64,000 nt of DNA from Cyanobacteria bacterium LVE1205-1 (GCA_041879355.1 CP089922.1:2912498-2976497), one strand, 5' to 3'; counted from the stretch's first letter, positions 10,890 to 21,404 are shown. Notes: a model not told the origin generated them from the sequence alone. A program made the numbers and translations.

Positions 10890-12080
10890 TTATAAGTTGA
10901 AACGTTGTCGGTCTAAAAGAAGCACTGTATTCAGTAAAACATTTGCTCCCTGTACACATTGTTCAGGGGACGTGTATTCAGTTTCAGCATGACTTACACC
11001 ATGATGACTAGGGACAAAAATCATGCCCATCTCCGTTAGTTTAGCCATTTCTTGGGCATCATGTCCGGCTCGACTGGGTAAGTGGGTATGGGATAAATTT
11101 AACAACTCGCAAGCCTCTTCAATTGCCAACTGAATAGATCCACTTGCCAATGCTGGCTGATTGTTTAAGACGGGTTGCAGATTGATTTTAGTTTGGGTAT
11201 GGTGAGCGATTCCATAGATGTCAGATTCCAATGTTGCCATCAAGTCATCTAAATTATTTTCTGATAAATCTCGAATATCCAGGGACATTTCCACAAAACC
11301 TGGAATAGTATTGGGGACGTTGGGTTTCACTTCAATTTTACCCACCGTTGCCACTTGATTACCGGGTAAATTACCAAGGCGGTTTATATCCAAAATCACC
11401 TGGGCAGCCGCAATAAGGGCATCATGACGGAGGGGCATTGGGGTAGTACCGGCATGACTGGACTCCCCTTCAATGGTAATTCTATAACGCCGTTGCCCCA
11501 CCACCCCGGTCACAATCCCAATGGAAGTGCCAGCCTGTTCCAGAACTGGTCCCTGTTCAACATGGAGTTCTAAAAAGGCAGTGAGGGTGTGGGGATCCCG
11601 TTTGGCTTGGTGAATTTGTTGCCAATTGCCCCCAATGCTATTTAAACAGGTTTGAATGTCTTTACCCTCTATCAATCCATAGGAGTCCAGATTTGGGTTA
11701 ATGTGACCCGCCATGGCTTTGCTGCCAATCATGGTGCCTTCTTCATCGGTGAAGACCATAACTTCCAGCGGATGGTTGAGGGGGAGTGACTGCTCTTGAC
11801 AAGAGCGGACTACTTCTAAAGCCGCTAATACCCCATACACTCCGTCATAATGTCCGGCATTGGGAACCGTATCAAGGTGAGAGCCCATGGCAATGGCGGG
11901 TCGATGGGAATGGCGACTGGGGTAATAGCCAATGATATTGCCACCCCCATCAACCCTAACCCCCATGCCGGCTTCAACCATCCATTGTTGGATGAGTTGC
12001 CGTGCTTGTCGGTCTTCTCCACTATAGGCTAACCGTTGTACCCCCCATTGGGGAGTTGACCAATGGTGGCAAGGGTCATG
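10890..12080 (-). CDS. M20-family amidohydrolase (allantoate amidohydrolase / N-carbamoyl-L-amino-acid hydrolase type). Frameshifted in a C6 run at 12041-12046.
   Basis: Fits the M20/AmaB pattern with a dimerisation domain. The true N-terminus MTLATIGQLPNGGYN(R)LAYSGEDRQARQ is recovered by a 1-nt indel in the homopolymer. Confidence 0.75.
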   Translation of the reverse strand, partial: HDPCHHWSTPQWGVQRLAYSGEDRQARQLIQQWMVEAGMGVRVDGGGNIIGYYPSRHSHRPAIAMGSHLDTVPNAGHYDGVYGVLAALEVVRSCQEQSLPLNHPLEVMVFTDEEGTMIGSKAMAGHINPNLDSYGLIEGKDIQTCLNSIGGNWQQIHQAKRDPHTLTAFLELHVEQGPVLEQAGTSIGIVTGVVGQRRYRITIEGESSHAGTTPMPLRHDALIAAAQVILDINRLGNLPGNQVATVGKIEVKPNVPNTIPGFVEMSLDIRDLSENNLDDLMATLESDIYGIAHHTQTKINLQPVLNNQPALASGSIQLAIEEACELLNLSHTHLPSRAGHDAQEMAKLTEMGMIFVPSHHGVSHAETEYTSPEQCVQGANVLLNTVLLLDRQRFNL

Positions 12081-12165
12081 ATAGTGGATAGGAGGCGATC
12101 GCCATTAATAAAATAGGCTGACCCTAGGGAGTTGTTCATAATGTTAAAGATTGGGGGAATTGGGA

Positions 12166-12285
12166 AATAATGGATCCAGAGTATTCCAATGTTGCACGTT
12201 TGCCCTCATTCCTAACCCCTTCCCTTAAAAAGGGAGAAATGGAAAACGAATTTAGGGTGAAGGCTGCAAAATTGGGATGCACCCT
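12166..12285. repeat. MITE family B copy (diverged). Its ends resemble GAGTATTCCAATGTTGCACG and GCTGCAAAATTGGGATGCACC.
   Basis: It shares the GCAAAATTGGGAT(G/A)(C/T)AC terminal sequence and GGCAAACGTGCAA subterminal sequence with copies at 56021-56110 and 60148-60276, and the palindrome at 29903-29936. Confidence 0.5.
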
Positions 12286-12302
12286 GATGGATCCTTCATA
12301 CC

Positions 12303-13411
12303 CTAAAAAGGGGGAACCTCCACCCAAGACCTGCGGTGGTCCGACTCACGGGCAAGATCCATTAAAAGTTGGGAATAAACCCCTTCTTTCAAGGAAGGAA
12401 CCGGGTTCTGTCCAGATTCAATTGCCTCCACCCATCTATCGATCATCCCAATGAAGGGGGCAAGCCGCCCATCCCCATAGGTTTGGGGGAATGACAATCG
12501 TTCCGGGATATGAACCTCTGTTAAATTATCCTCCCCAGTGGCTGTCCAAAGCTGAAACCCATGGACATAATCGTTTTGATTGCCACTGCCTAGAATAATG
12601 GTGCCGCGATCGCCATATACCTCAACCCAATGCCCCCGACCATGGTGGGTAACAGCACTCAGATTAATGTGACAGGGAACCCCATCCATCAACTCCAAGG
12701 TAAGACTAGCACTATCCTCTGCATCAACGGTTTTCATCTCCCCCGTCAGGGGATCGGGGCGAGTTGGGATAGAGGTGGATAGAAAAGCGGAGAGCCGTTT
12801 TATTCCACCAAATAACCAATGGACATAATCAAAGGTATGGGAACCCAAGGCACCGAGGCAACCTCCCCCCAGATTCTTACTAGAGTACCAGTTCCAGGCT
12901 CGCATGGGATTGGAACGACTGGACATGAGCCAGTCTATTTGAATGAGCCGTTTTTTCCCCACAAAACCACTGTCTAACAGCTCTGCCAAATATTGCCAGG
13001 CAGGAACAGCCCGATACTCAAAGTCAACCAACACCCGAACCCCCTCCTTGATAGCTAATTGATGGAGTTCCTGCGCTTCCGGGGTTGTCAACGTGACTGG
13101 TTTTTCCAGCAACAAATGTTTGCCAGCCCCGATGATGGCTTTCCCCATCTCGTAATGGAGAAATGGGGGGTGGACAGACTAACTGCCTGCACCTGAGGGA
13201 GTGCTAGTAAGTTGGAGAGATGGGCACAGGCATGGGGAATTTCATAGGTGTTTGCAATTGCCTTTGCCGTTTCCATTTCCCGGTGATAAACTGCCACAAC
13301 GTGGGTATGGGGATGAAGTTGGAAGCCAGGAATATGGACTTTTTGTCCAAATCCCGTACCCACCACACCGACTCCTACAGTAAGTTGTTTAGAGGGTGAC
13401 ATAGTTCCCAT
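12303..13411 (-). CDS. Gfo/Idh/MocA-family NAD(P)-dependent oxidoreductase. Frameshifted in a G6 run at 13165-13170.
   Basis: Rossmann N-terminus VGVVGTGFGQKVHIPGF. After frame correction it reads TPHFLHYEMGKAIIGAGKHLLLEKP, the canonical EKP motif. Confidence 0.75.
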
Positions 13412-13501
13412 AGTTGTTTAGAGACACAAGGGTAGACTGTTCCGATAATCAGGTAAGGGTTGCATTTTGCATGTTGCCATCATGGGAATTGGGGCGGTAT
13501 T

Positions 13502-14343
13502 TCAATCAAAGTCAGGGCAACCAGGGATATCGACTAAAATCAGGGGACGTTTTTCCAGAAATGCCTCTTTACCCTCACTTCCCTCTTCGGTCATGTAATA
13601 CAGTAAAGTTGCATTTCCTGCTAATTCCTGGAGTCCTACCTGCCCATCACAGTCAGCATTAAAGGCAGACTTGAGACAACGGATGGCAATTGGGCTTTTT
13701 TCTAAAATTTCCAGTGCCCACCGAACTCCTTCTGGTTCCAATTGTTCTATGGGAACCACTGCATTGACCAACCCCATTTCTAATGCTTGCACTGCATTGT
13801 ATTGACGACAAAGATACCAAATCTCCCGTGCCTTTTTCTGTCCAACAATTCGTGCCAAGTAACTGGCACCAAACCCTCCATCAAAACTACCGACTTTCGG
13901 TCCAGTTTGTCCAAAAATGGCATTCTCAGCGGCTATGGTTAAATCACAAAGGAGATGAAGCACATGTCCCCCCCAATGGCATACCCGGCAACCAAGGCAA
14001 TCACCACTTTAGGGATGGAACGGATTAATCGTTGCAGATCCAGTACATTTAATCGTGGCACACCCGACTCATCCACATATCCTGCCTGTCCCCTGACACC
14101 TTGATCCCCTCCTGCACAAAAAGCATACTGACCATCCCTATGGGGTCCCCCACCCGTCAGTAAAATTACCCCAATTCGTTGGTCATCCCTAGCATTTCCA
14201 AATGCTTCACACAGTTCTACCACAGTATGGGGGCGAAAAGCATTACGCTTATGGGGGCGGTTTATGGTAATTTTGGCTATCCCATCTGCCTTTTCGTAAC
14301 TAATATCTTCATAAACTTTGGCGATTTGCCATTGAATTTGCAT
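13502..14343 (-). CDS. menB: 1,4-dihydroxy-2-naphthoyl-CoA synthase MenB (phylloquinone pathway). Frameshifted in a C7 run at 13968-13974.
   Basis: Crotonase fold with the characteristic MenB residues ([31 protein letters not shown] after correction). Confidence 0.85.
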
Positions 14344-14437
14344 AAGAAAATCAACAAAGCTTGTAAATGGTTGATATTATCCCTGTTTTCAATGTCACCG
14401 GTTCAATAACTGTTACTTTTCTTGATGAGTCCATCCC

Positions 14438-15886
14438 ATGACTACCCCAAATACCCCGTTTTCAAGTCCCTTAAGTTCCCAGTGTCATCCCCCATCGGAT
14501 TCCATACTCCCCTTCCATATTCCATCATTGTTAAAGCGTTATCGTTCTGGTCAGTCTAGCCCACCGCAAATCATTCGGATGGTGTATGAGCGGATTCGCC
14601 AGTATGGTGATCCTGCGATTTGGATCACCCTCGCTTCATTGGAAGACAGCCTGAAACAGGCAGAATCCATTACTGGGCAAACTGACCTACCCCTTTATGG
14701 AATCCCGTTTGCCATCAAAGACAACATTGATTGGAGCGGGGCACCCACCACCGCTGGTTGTCCCCGTTATACCTACTTCCCTGACCATTCAGCCCCAGTG
14801 GTGGAGCGATTAATTGCAGCCGGTGCTATTGCCATTGGTAAAACCAATTTAGACCAATTTGCCACAGGTCTGGTTGGAACCCGAACCCCCTATGGCGTTT
14901 GCCGCAACCCTTTCCATGCTGATTATATTCCCGGCGGGTCTAGTAGTGGTTCCGCCTGCGCCGTTTCCGCAGGCTTAGTGAGTTTTGCCCTTGGAACGGA
15001 CACAGCCGGTTCTGGTCGGGTTCCAGCAGCCTTTACGAATATTGTGGGGTTAAAACCAAGTTGCGGACGTATCAGTACCCGAGGGCTAGTACCAGCGGTT
15101 CGCACCCTGGATTGCGTCTCAATTTTTACCTTAACCGGTGAGGAAGCGGCGGAAGTTTTGGCAGTGGCTGGACAGTTTGATCCATTGGATCCATTTGCCA
15201 AACCCATACCAGTGTATGAATTACCCAGTTTGAATCAATTGCGGGTTGGAGTACCCTACCCGCATCAGTTAAACTTCTTTAACAATTCTGATGCAGAAAC
15301 TAACTATGCCAATGCCCTAAATGTTCTTAAAGACAGAGGGGCTACCTTTCATGAGTTTGACTTTGACCCATTTCATGCCACTGCATTGATGCTCTATGAA
15401 GGGGCGTGGGTTGCAGAACGTACCGCTGCCGTGGGGGAATTCATCAATACCCAATCCGAAGGGGAAACCAACTCTATTGTGCGTTCAATTATCAATGGTG
15501 GCTATGGATATCGGGCAATGGATGCCTTTCAAGACTACTATCGGTTGATGGAGTACCGTCGTCAAGCCCAGTCAACCTGGGGGTTGGTGGATATTTTGGC
15601 ACTGCCGACCACAGGCACCATTTATACAGTAAAGGACATTGCCAATCATCCGTTGGAATTGAATCGAAATTTAGGACGGTATACCAACTTTGTTAACTTA
15701 ATGGATCTATCAGCCGTTTCAGTTCCCAGTGGGTTTCAGGCAAATGGATTGCCAACGGGAATTACTTTTATGGCACAATCGGGATACGATGAAGCTTTGT
15801 GCAAGCTTAGTCAGGAATTTCAACACATGATGAACTTGCCGGTTGGTGCCCTCCATGTGATACCTTATTCCACAGTTGTATCTTAA
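14438..15886 (+). CDS. Allophanate hydrolase, N-terminal amidase-signature (AS) domain
   Basis: 482 aa. GKTNLDQFATGLVG...GGSSSGSACAV...GTDTAGSGRVPAAF is the AS-family signature. It ends at TAA 15884-15886. Confidence 0.7.
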   Translation: MTTPNTPFSSPLSSQCHPPSDSILPFHIPSLLKRYRSGQSSPPQIIRMVYERIRQYGDPAIWITLASLEDSLKQAESITGQTDLPLYGIPFAIKDNIDWSGAPTTAGCPRYTYFPDHSAPVVERLIAAGAIAIGKTNLDQFATGLVGTRTPYGVCRNPFHADYIPGGSSSGSACAVSAGLVSFALGTDTAGSGRVPAAFTNIVGLKPSCGRISTRGLVPAVRTLDCVSIFTLTGEEAAEVLAVAGQFDPLDPFAKPIPVYELPSLNQLRVGVPYPHQLNFFNNSDAETNYANALNVLKDRGATFHEFDFDPFHATALMLYEGAWVAERTAAVGEFINTQSEGETNSIVRSIINGGYGYRAMDAFQDYYRLMEYRRQAQSTWGLVDILALPTTGTIYTVKDIANHPLELNRNLGRYTNFVNLMDLSAVSVPSGFQANGLPTGITFMAQSGYDEALCKLSQEFQHMMNLPVGALHVIPYSTVVS

Positions 15887-15898
15887 TCTGTCTTTCCT

Positions 15899-16309
15899 AT
15901 GGTGCATCCATCTGATCAAATGGTGAAAGTTGCTGTTGTTGGTGCTCACCTGACAGGACAACCCCTCAATTATCAACTAACGGATGAGGGGGCAATATTG
16001 ATTCAAACGACTAGAACGAAGTCAATCTATAAGCTATATGCCATTGAAGGAGTCATACCAAAGCCAGGTTTGGTCAGGCAGGGAGAGGGGAGGGGGTGGG
16101 CAATTGAAGTAGAAGTTTGGGAGATTTCCGTAACAGGGTTCGGTCGTTTTGTAGTCCAAATTCCACCCCCTCTAGGGATGGGTAATGTAATCTTAGAGGA
16201 TGATCACGTTGTTAAAGGCTTTATCTGTGAACCGTATGCAATAATAAATGGGACTGAAATTTCCCACTTCGGGAGTTGGAGGACATACCTGTCCAACCAA
16301 GGGCAGTAG
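15899..16309 (+). CDS. Allophanate hydrolase C-terminal domain. Same frame as 14438-15886, separated by a single TAA.
   Basis: KVAVVGAHLTGQPLNYQL...GFICEPYAI matches the C-terminal (gamma-glutamyl cyclotransferase-like) domain normally fused to the AS domain. Confidence 0.55.
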   Translation: MVHPSDQMVKVAVVGAHLTGQPLNYQLTDEGAILIQTTRTKSIYKLYAIEGVIPKPGLVRQGEGRGWAIEVEVWEISVTGFGRFVVQIPPPLGMGNVILEDDHVVKGFICEPYAIINGTEISHFGSWRTYLSNQGQ

Positions 16310-16382
16310 ATAAAATTTTGCCGTAATGCAGTATTCGTTGGTGCATCCTCAATTTATATCCTATTCCAATTGAATTGTAATA

Positions 16383-16814
16383 ATGATGGTTATGAAAGTA
16401 ATCGGTGGGTTCATAGGCTTAACAATTGTGGGAACGGCGGTTACCTCAATTGCAACGAACCCTGGCAAACCAGCCTATTTTCAGTTTGCTGAAGACCAAT
16501 TGATCAACCAGATTAAGACAGAGGGTTGTCCCGGGCTGACGGAAACCGTAAAGGAACTCATTAATGTGCAAATATCAGGGTTAACGTCCCAATGTCACTC
16601 CTTTGTGGATGTTAACCGGGGGCAGTTTAAGGACTTTGTGATAAATCACACTGAGCGTCAGAATTACGTTATGTTTAGTTTATATAAAACTAATTTGGCT
16701 CTCAGTGATTTTCTGCCTTTCGTACCCAAGGAAATCGCACCCCGTTACTATTCTGAAACGGTGGGTATTTTTAATTCGTTTTATATTTATAAAACCGAGG
16801 AACGACAAAGCTAA
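16383..16814 (+). CDS. Hypothetical membrane-anchored protein
   Basis: 143 aa with an N-terminal TM helix (VIGGFIGLTIVGTAVTSIA). No family was recognised. Confidence 0.4.
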   Translation: MMVMKVIGGFIGLTIVGTAVTSIATNPGKPAYFQFAEDQLINQIKTEGCPGLTETVKELINVQISGLTSQCHSFVDVNRGQFKDFVINHTERQNYVMFSLYKTNLALSDFLPFVPKEIAPRYYSETVGIFNSFYIYKTEERQS

Positions 16815-16840
16815 GGGAGGAAGTGCCCAACTTGTTCAAA

Positions 16841-17697
16841 TTAACCTTTTACTCCACTGCTGATGTCGGTGGGGACAATATATCGCTGCATAACCAGGAA
16901 AAAAAGTAAAATGGGAGTAATGGATATGATTGAACCAGCGGCAATCAGACGCCAATCTAGGGAGAAAGCACTGGCTAGGGTCGCCACTCCCAAGGGTAAG
17001 GTATAGGATTCGGGGCGATCGAGTACGATTAGGGGCCAGAGAAAGTCACTCCAAGAGCCAATGAATACAAAAATCGCTAGTGTAATGAGGGCTGGACGGA
17101 TGGCAGGAATCATAATATGCCACCATATTCCTAATTCTGTACATCCATCCATACGGGCTGCTTCTTCTAATTCCTTCGGAACCCCTTGGAATGCCTGACG
17201 TAAAAGAAAGATACCAAATGCTGAGGTAATGGAGGGGAAGATTAATCCCAAATAGGTATTCCTTAGCCCCAGTTGAACTGTGAGAATAAATAGGGGAATC
17301 ATCACGATCTGAAAAGGGATGAGGATGGTGGATACGATTAATGAAAAAATCGCATTTCTTCCCTTAAAGTGAAGCCGAGCTAATGGATATGCCGCTAAGG
17401 AACAAAAAATTAGATTCAACGTTACGGTTAACCCTGATACAAGGGTGCTATTCAATAGATAGCGACCAAAGGGATAGGATTGCCAAACGGTGATGAAATT
17501 ATGAAATGTTGGGTGGCGGGGCAAAAATTGGGGGGAAATTGAAAAATATCCTCTGTGGGCGCTTTAAGGGAGGTACTGAGCAGCCAGATTAAGGGCAATA
17601 ACATAACGACGGCGATCGCCCCCAAAAGCCCATACAATCCTAAGATTGAAACAAAACGATGGGCTGAAGAAGGTTTGGGTTGGAGGGGGGATGGCAT
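16841..17697 (-). CDS. ABC transporter permease (carbohydrate-type, MalG-like). Frameshifted near the G-runs at 17518-17535.
   Basis: Two ORFs (17452-17697 N-terminal TM segment; 16841-17524). The EAA-loop region is AARMDGCTELGIWWHIMIPAIRPAL. Confidence 0.7.
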
Positions 17698-17753
17698 GGA
17701 ACCGGAATCAAAGGGACTATCAATTCAAACCTAATTAAGCCGTCGAAGCAGGA

Positions 17754-18380
17754 AGATCAACCATTAACCTGAAATAGACAATTCATGGAAACGGGAACGT
17801 ACATCATCAAGGGTAAAGACAGATTGAAAATTTAAGTCATGGTGGCTGTAAAGCTCCTTTCCCCCTGTTGCCGGTCCACAAGGCATAAAATCTGGCGAAC
17901 CCCATACCCTGCTGCCTGCAAACGTTCAACAGCGATCAATGCGGACTTGCCAGTGGTGACCACATCTTCCAATACCACCACCTCTGTACCCGCAGTAAGG
18001 GCTGGACCCTCAATAAATGCTTGAGTTCCATGCTCCTTTGATGCTTTACGAACGATGAGAGGGGTAATGGATCGCTGTTGGTAAGCAGCCACCACACTGA
18101 CAGCCGTAACCAAGGGGTCAGCCCCCAAAGTTAACCCTGCCACTGCTTCAACTGAAGACGATATTAATGATAACAATATTCTTCCCACAGCTACACCCCC
18201 TTGGGGATGTAACGTTACCTGCTTACCATTAATATAATAGGAACTTCGTTGCCCCGACGAAAGAAGAAAGTCTCCCTCCCGATAGGCAACTTGGCAAAAA
18301 AGATCCAATAGTTGTTGACGTAACTCAAGTAAATCACCCTGAACGGGGAATTGAGGCAGAGGATAGAATGGGGAAGACAT
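17754..18380 (-). CDS. pyrE: Orotate phosphoribosyltransferase PyrE. C-terminus frameshifted in a C5 run at 17871-17875.
   Basis: PRPP-binding motif VVVLEDVVTTGKS. The alternative frame after the C-run gives ...ELYSHHDLNFQSVFTLDDV, a PyrE-like C-terminus. Confidence 0.8.
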
Positions 18381-18405
18381 TCAGTTTAAGAGTTTCTCAC
18401 AGAAT

Positions 18406-18696
18406 TTAAGGATTTTCGGAAGAGTCAAAATGGTCGCTCTGGGGTTGCAAAGACTTTTCTAGGGATAGTCGCTGTTCAGCATTCCGAAGAAAATATCCAC
18501 CCATCATGGCACCCGCCAACAATCGACCTAAGTTTTCCCGATTGGTAGTGATCATGACATCAAAATGTTCGGAAGGCAAATGCCCTAACATACCCACGAT
18601 ATTTTGCTCCATCGCTTGTAACACTTCAGGGGAACTGGGTTTAGACAACTGGGATATGGTTTCAGGATGCATGGATTGAATATAGTGCCACAGCAT
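18406..18696 (-). CDS. Hypothetical protein (DUF760-like cyanobacterial small protein)
   Basis: 96 aa ORF (...QNIVGMLGHLPSEHFDV...). The family assignment is from memory only. Confidence 0.4.
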   Translation of the reverse strand: MLWHYIQSMHPETISQLSKPSSPEVLQAMEQNIVGMLGHLPSEHFDVMITTNRENLGRLLAGAMMGGYFLRNAEQRLSLEKSLQPQSDHFDSSENP

Positions 18697-18884
18697 CCCC
18701 CCTGTTCAACGTCAGCGGATGGAAAGTCTGGTTTTTGGTTTGGTGTATTATTCACTTCGCATTCCCCGTGATTAATAGGTATGGTTGTTCATGTCAATCA
18801 TTGTTTATTAATGTATCAGGGAGAGTTGAATCCATCATTGAGTAGAACCGAACAGAGAGGATCGGATTCACTAAAAGAGAAGGT

Positions 18885-19334
18885 TTATTCGTATAGCCAT
18901 GAAGTTAGAGAGGGTTGCCAATCAACCAATTCTTCCTCTTGAAACCACAAACTAATTTCTTGCTGAGCCGTAGGGATGGCATCGGAGCCGTGAATTAAAT
19001 TACGTCCCACACTGACTCCAAAGTCACCCCGAATGGTTCCTAATTCAGCATTTAATGGATTGGTTGCTCCAATTATTTTCCGGGCAGCAGCGACAACACC
19101 TTCTCCTTCCCAAACCATTGCTACAACTGGACTGGAGGTAATAAAGGTGATCAGGCTATTAAAAAAAGGACGGTCTCGATGGATGGCGTAATGGTTTTCA
19201 GCCAGGGTTTGACTTACCTTGACTAATTTCAACCCAATTAATGTAAACCCTTTTGCCTCAAATCGACGGATTACTTCGCCTACAAGTTTGCGTTGTACGC
19301 CATCGGGCTTAATTGCAATAAAAGTACGTTCCAA
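18885..19334 (-). CDS. ndk: Nucleoside diphosphate kinase
   Basis: 149 aa. [15 protein letters not shown]...NLIHGSDA carries the NDK active-site His motif. Confidence 0.95.
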   Translation of the reverse strand: MERTFIAIKPDGVQRKLVGEVIRRFEAKGFTLIGLKLVKVSQTLAENHYAIHRDRPFFNSLITFITSSPVVAMVWEGEGVVAAARKIIGATNPLNAELGTIRGDFGVSVGRNLIHGSDAIPTAQQEISLWFQEEELVDWQPSLTSWLYE

Positions 19335-19439
19335 AGAATGACTCCTTGAACAAGAAAATTTCGTACTTAATTATACCATTCACCAAGGAACTTTTTACCT
19401 TCTGTTGAACTCTCCCTCTGTTAAAACGAGAGGGATTCT

Positions 19440-20478
19440 AAAACAAAATCGCCAGTGAAATGGGGATTCACGCAACCCAGATTACTCAATGGAAAAAACA
19501 GGCTCAGGAAGGACTCAAGGAGATCTTTGCGGATCGCCGAGGGAAGAGCCAGAGCCAGGAACCCTTAATTGAGAACCTTTACCAGAACATTGGTCGGCTC
19601 CAAGTGGAACTGGAGTGGTTGCAAAAAATCTGGTCTTACCTCTTGAATCAAAGCGGGAACTCATTGAACCCGCAAACCGAGAGATCAGCATTGTGCGTCA
19701 GTGCGAATTGCTGGGACTCAATCGAAGTAGCGACTACTACGAAGCAGCCAGGGAAAGCTCACATAAGGAGTACCTGATGGGAAAGTTGGATGAGCAGTAT
19801 ACCCAAACTCCCTTCTACAGGGTATTGGGAATGACGGAAGTCCTGCGAGCCCAAGGAGAAGAGGTCAATCCTAAACAAGTCCGTCGTCTACTCAGGGTAA
19901 TGGGTTTAGAAGCTATCTATCCCAAACCCAAAATCTCATCGCTAGGTGAGAATAGTCGTCGCTATCCCTATCTGCTCAGGGAAAAAGCCATTGAGCGTCC
20001 GAACCACGTTTGGAGTACTGACATCACATACATTCCACTGGACAAGGGATTTATTTACCTTGTAGCGGTGATTGACTGGTACAGCCAGTATGTCCTCTCA
20101 TGGGAAGTCTCCAATACCCTGGATGTCCACTTTTGTCTGGATGTTCTGGAAAGTACTCTCTCTCAAGGGATGCCAGAGATTTTCAATACCGACCAGGGCA
20201 GCCAATTTACCAGTCTTGCTTTTACTGACCGTCTACTCAAAGGAGGGATAACAATCAGTTAGGATGGGCGTGGTCGAGCCCTAGACAACATTTTTGTGGA
20301 ACGGATTTGGCACTCATTGAAATACGAGGAGCTGTACCTAAAGTCCTACAGGTCTGTGCCAGAGGCAATTCAAGGGATTGGGGACTATTTCAGATTTTAT
20401 AACCACGATCGTTTACATCAGTCGTTGGATTATCAGACACCGGCTATGGTTCACAGAAAAGGCAATGCCTCCTTGTAA
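19440..20478 (+). mobile_element. IS3-family insertion sequence remnant. orfA is 5'-truncated, and orfB (DDE integrase) is internally frameshifted.
   Basis: ORF 19460-19777 is an orfA leucine-zipper part (GIHATQITQWKK...LQVELEWLQK). ORFs 19615-20262 and 20296-20478 are the DDE core (HVWSTDITYIP...DNIFVERIWHSLKYEE). About the first 30 aa of orfA and the left inverted repeat are missing. Confidence 0.75.
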
Positions 20479-20518
20479 TGGATTCGCATTGGGTCTTCCT
20501 GTCCTATGTCCAGCATCA

Positions 20519-20640
20519 ACCAGCAAATACCTTACAAGGAGGTGATGTAATAATGTAACACCAACAACACATGCACTGCTAAGCGAGATTACTTCTTAAA
20601 TTCACTCTTTTTCTGTCTTGACATTGGGGAGTACCATGGG
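20519..20640. repeat. 120-bp repeat element, copy 1. It carries an AGGAGG ... ATG-TAA start-stop motif.
   Basis: About 80% identical to 33537-33655. It begins CCTTACAAGGAGGTGATGTAATAATGTAACA and ends TTGGGGAGTACCAT. Confidence 0.5.
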
Positions 20641-20774
20641 GGGAGGTTGCTTAAAGAGAGGAGTATTAAAGTATTAAGGATGTTAGTCGGTGGTGGCGGT
20701 GATTCTTGTTCCATTAATTAACCAGCGAAATTCAATAACATAAAAATAGACCAAATTAGAGGAAAAAATCATCT

Positions 20775-21404
20775 ATGGCAACTACATCCGAAGACGTATG
20801 GCGACTTTTAGCCGAATTAGCAACTGCTCAAGCTGAATTAACTGCTTCTCAAAAAGAAACTGACCTACTATTGAAGGAAGTCAGTCAACAACAGAAGGAA
20901 AACGAGCGACGACAACAGGAAAATGCCCAACAACAGAGGGAAAATGCCCAACAACTCAAAGAATTAGGACGGCAAATTGGTGGACTTGGTGCCAAATTCG
21001 GCAGCTTTACCGAAGGACTTGCCCTTCCTTCAATGGAAACGATTCTCAGACAACGGTTGGGTATGGAAGTGATCAGTCCCAGTGTGCGAGTGAGTAAAGA
21101 TGGAAAACACCTAGAAATTGATGTTCTTGCCTATACTAATGGTGAGCTAAATACTGCCTATATCGTCGAGGTTAAAAGTCATGGTAGAGAGGAATCCATT
21201 ACACAATTAATAAGTATTTTGCAACGGTTTCGCAGCTTTTTCCCTGAACACAAAGATAAAAAACTCTATGGCATATTAGCGGCGGTGGATTTATCCCCAG
21301 AATTACGGGAAAAAATTCTACAAGAAGGGTTTTATGTGGCTCGGATTCATGACCAGGTATTTGAATTAGATATTCCCGATACTTTTCAACCTCAAGCTTA
21401 TTAA
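20775..21404 (+). CDS. Paralog 1. N-terminal coiled coil plus C-terminal Hjc-like PD-(D/E)xK nuclease-fold domain (possibly DUF3782-type). Function unknown.
   Basis: 209 aa. The N-terminus is heptad-rich with (QQQRENA)n. The C-terminus reads HLEIDVLAYTNGELNTAYIVEVKSH, matching D-x15-E-x-K of PD-(D/E)xK nucleases. Confidence 0.6.
   Translation: MATTSEDVWRLLAELATAQAELTASQKETDLLLKEVSQQQKENERRQQENAQQQRENAQQLKELGRQIGGLGAKFGSFTEGLALPSMETILRQRLGMEVISPSVRVSKDGKHLEIDVLAYTNGELNTAYIVEVKSHGREESITQLISILQRFRSFFPEHKDKKLYGILAAVDLSPELREKILQEGFYVARIHDQVFELDIPDTFQPQAY
20911..20951 (+). repeat. In-frame 21-bp tandem repeat (CAACAGAGGGAAAATGCCCAA), 2 units
   Basis: It encodes (Q)QQRENA within paralog 1. The same array has 4 units in paralog 2. 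Confidence 0.8.

Noticed and set aside
12136-12454. ORFs 12136-12327 (-) and 12170-12454 (+)
   Set aside because: They lie over a MITE family B copy, have low-complexity translations, and no coding signal. Repeat-derived.
19417-19441. GTTAAAACGAGAGGGATTCTAAAAC, considered as a CRISPR repeat
   Set aside because: It is a single copy locally, with no spacer-repeat periodicity and no cas genes. Only a partial second match at 27562-27579. No CRISPR array in the window.
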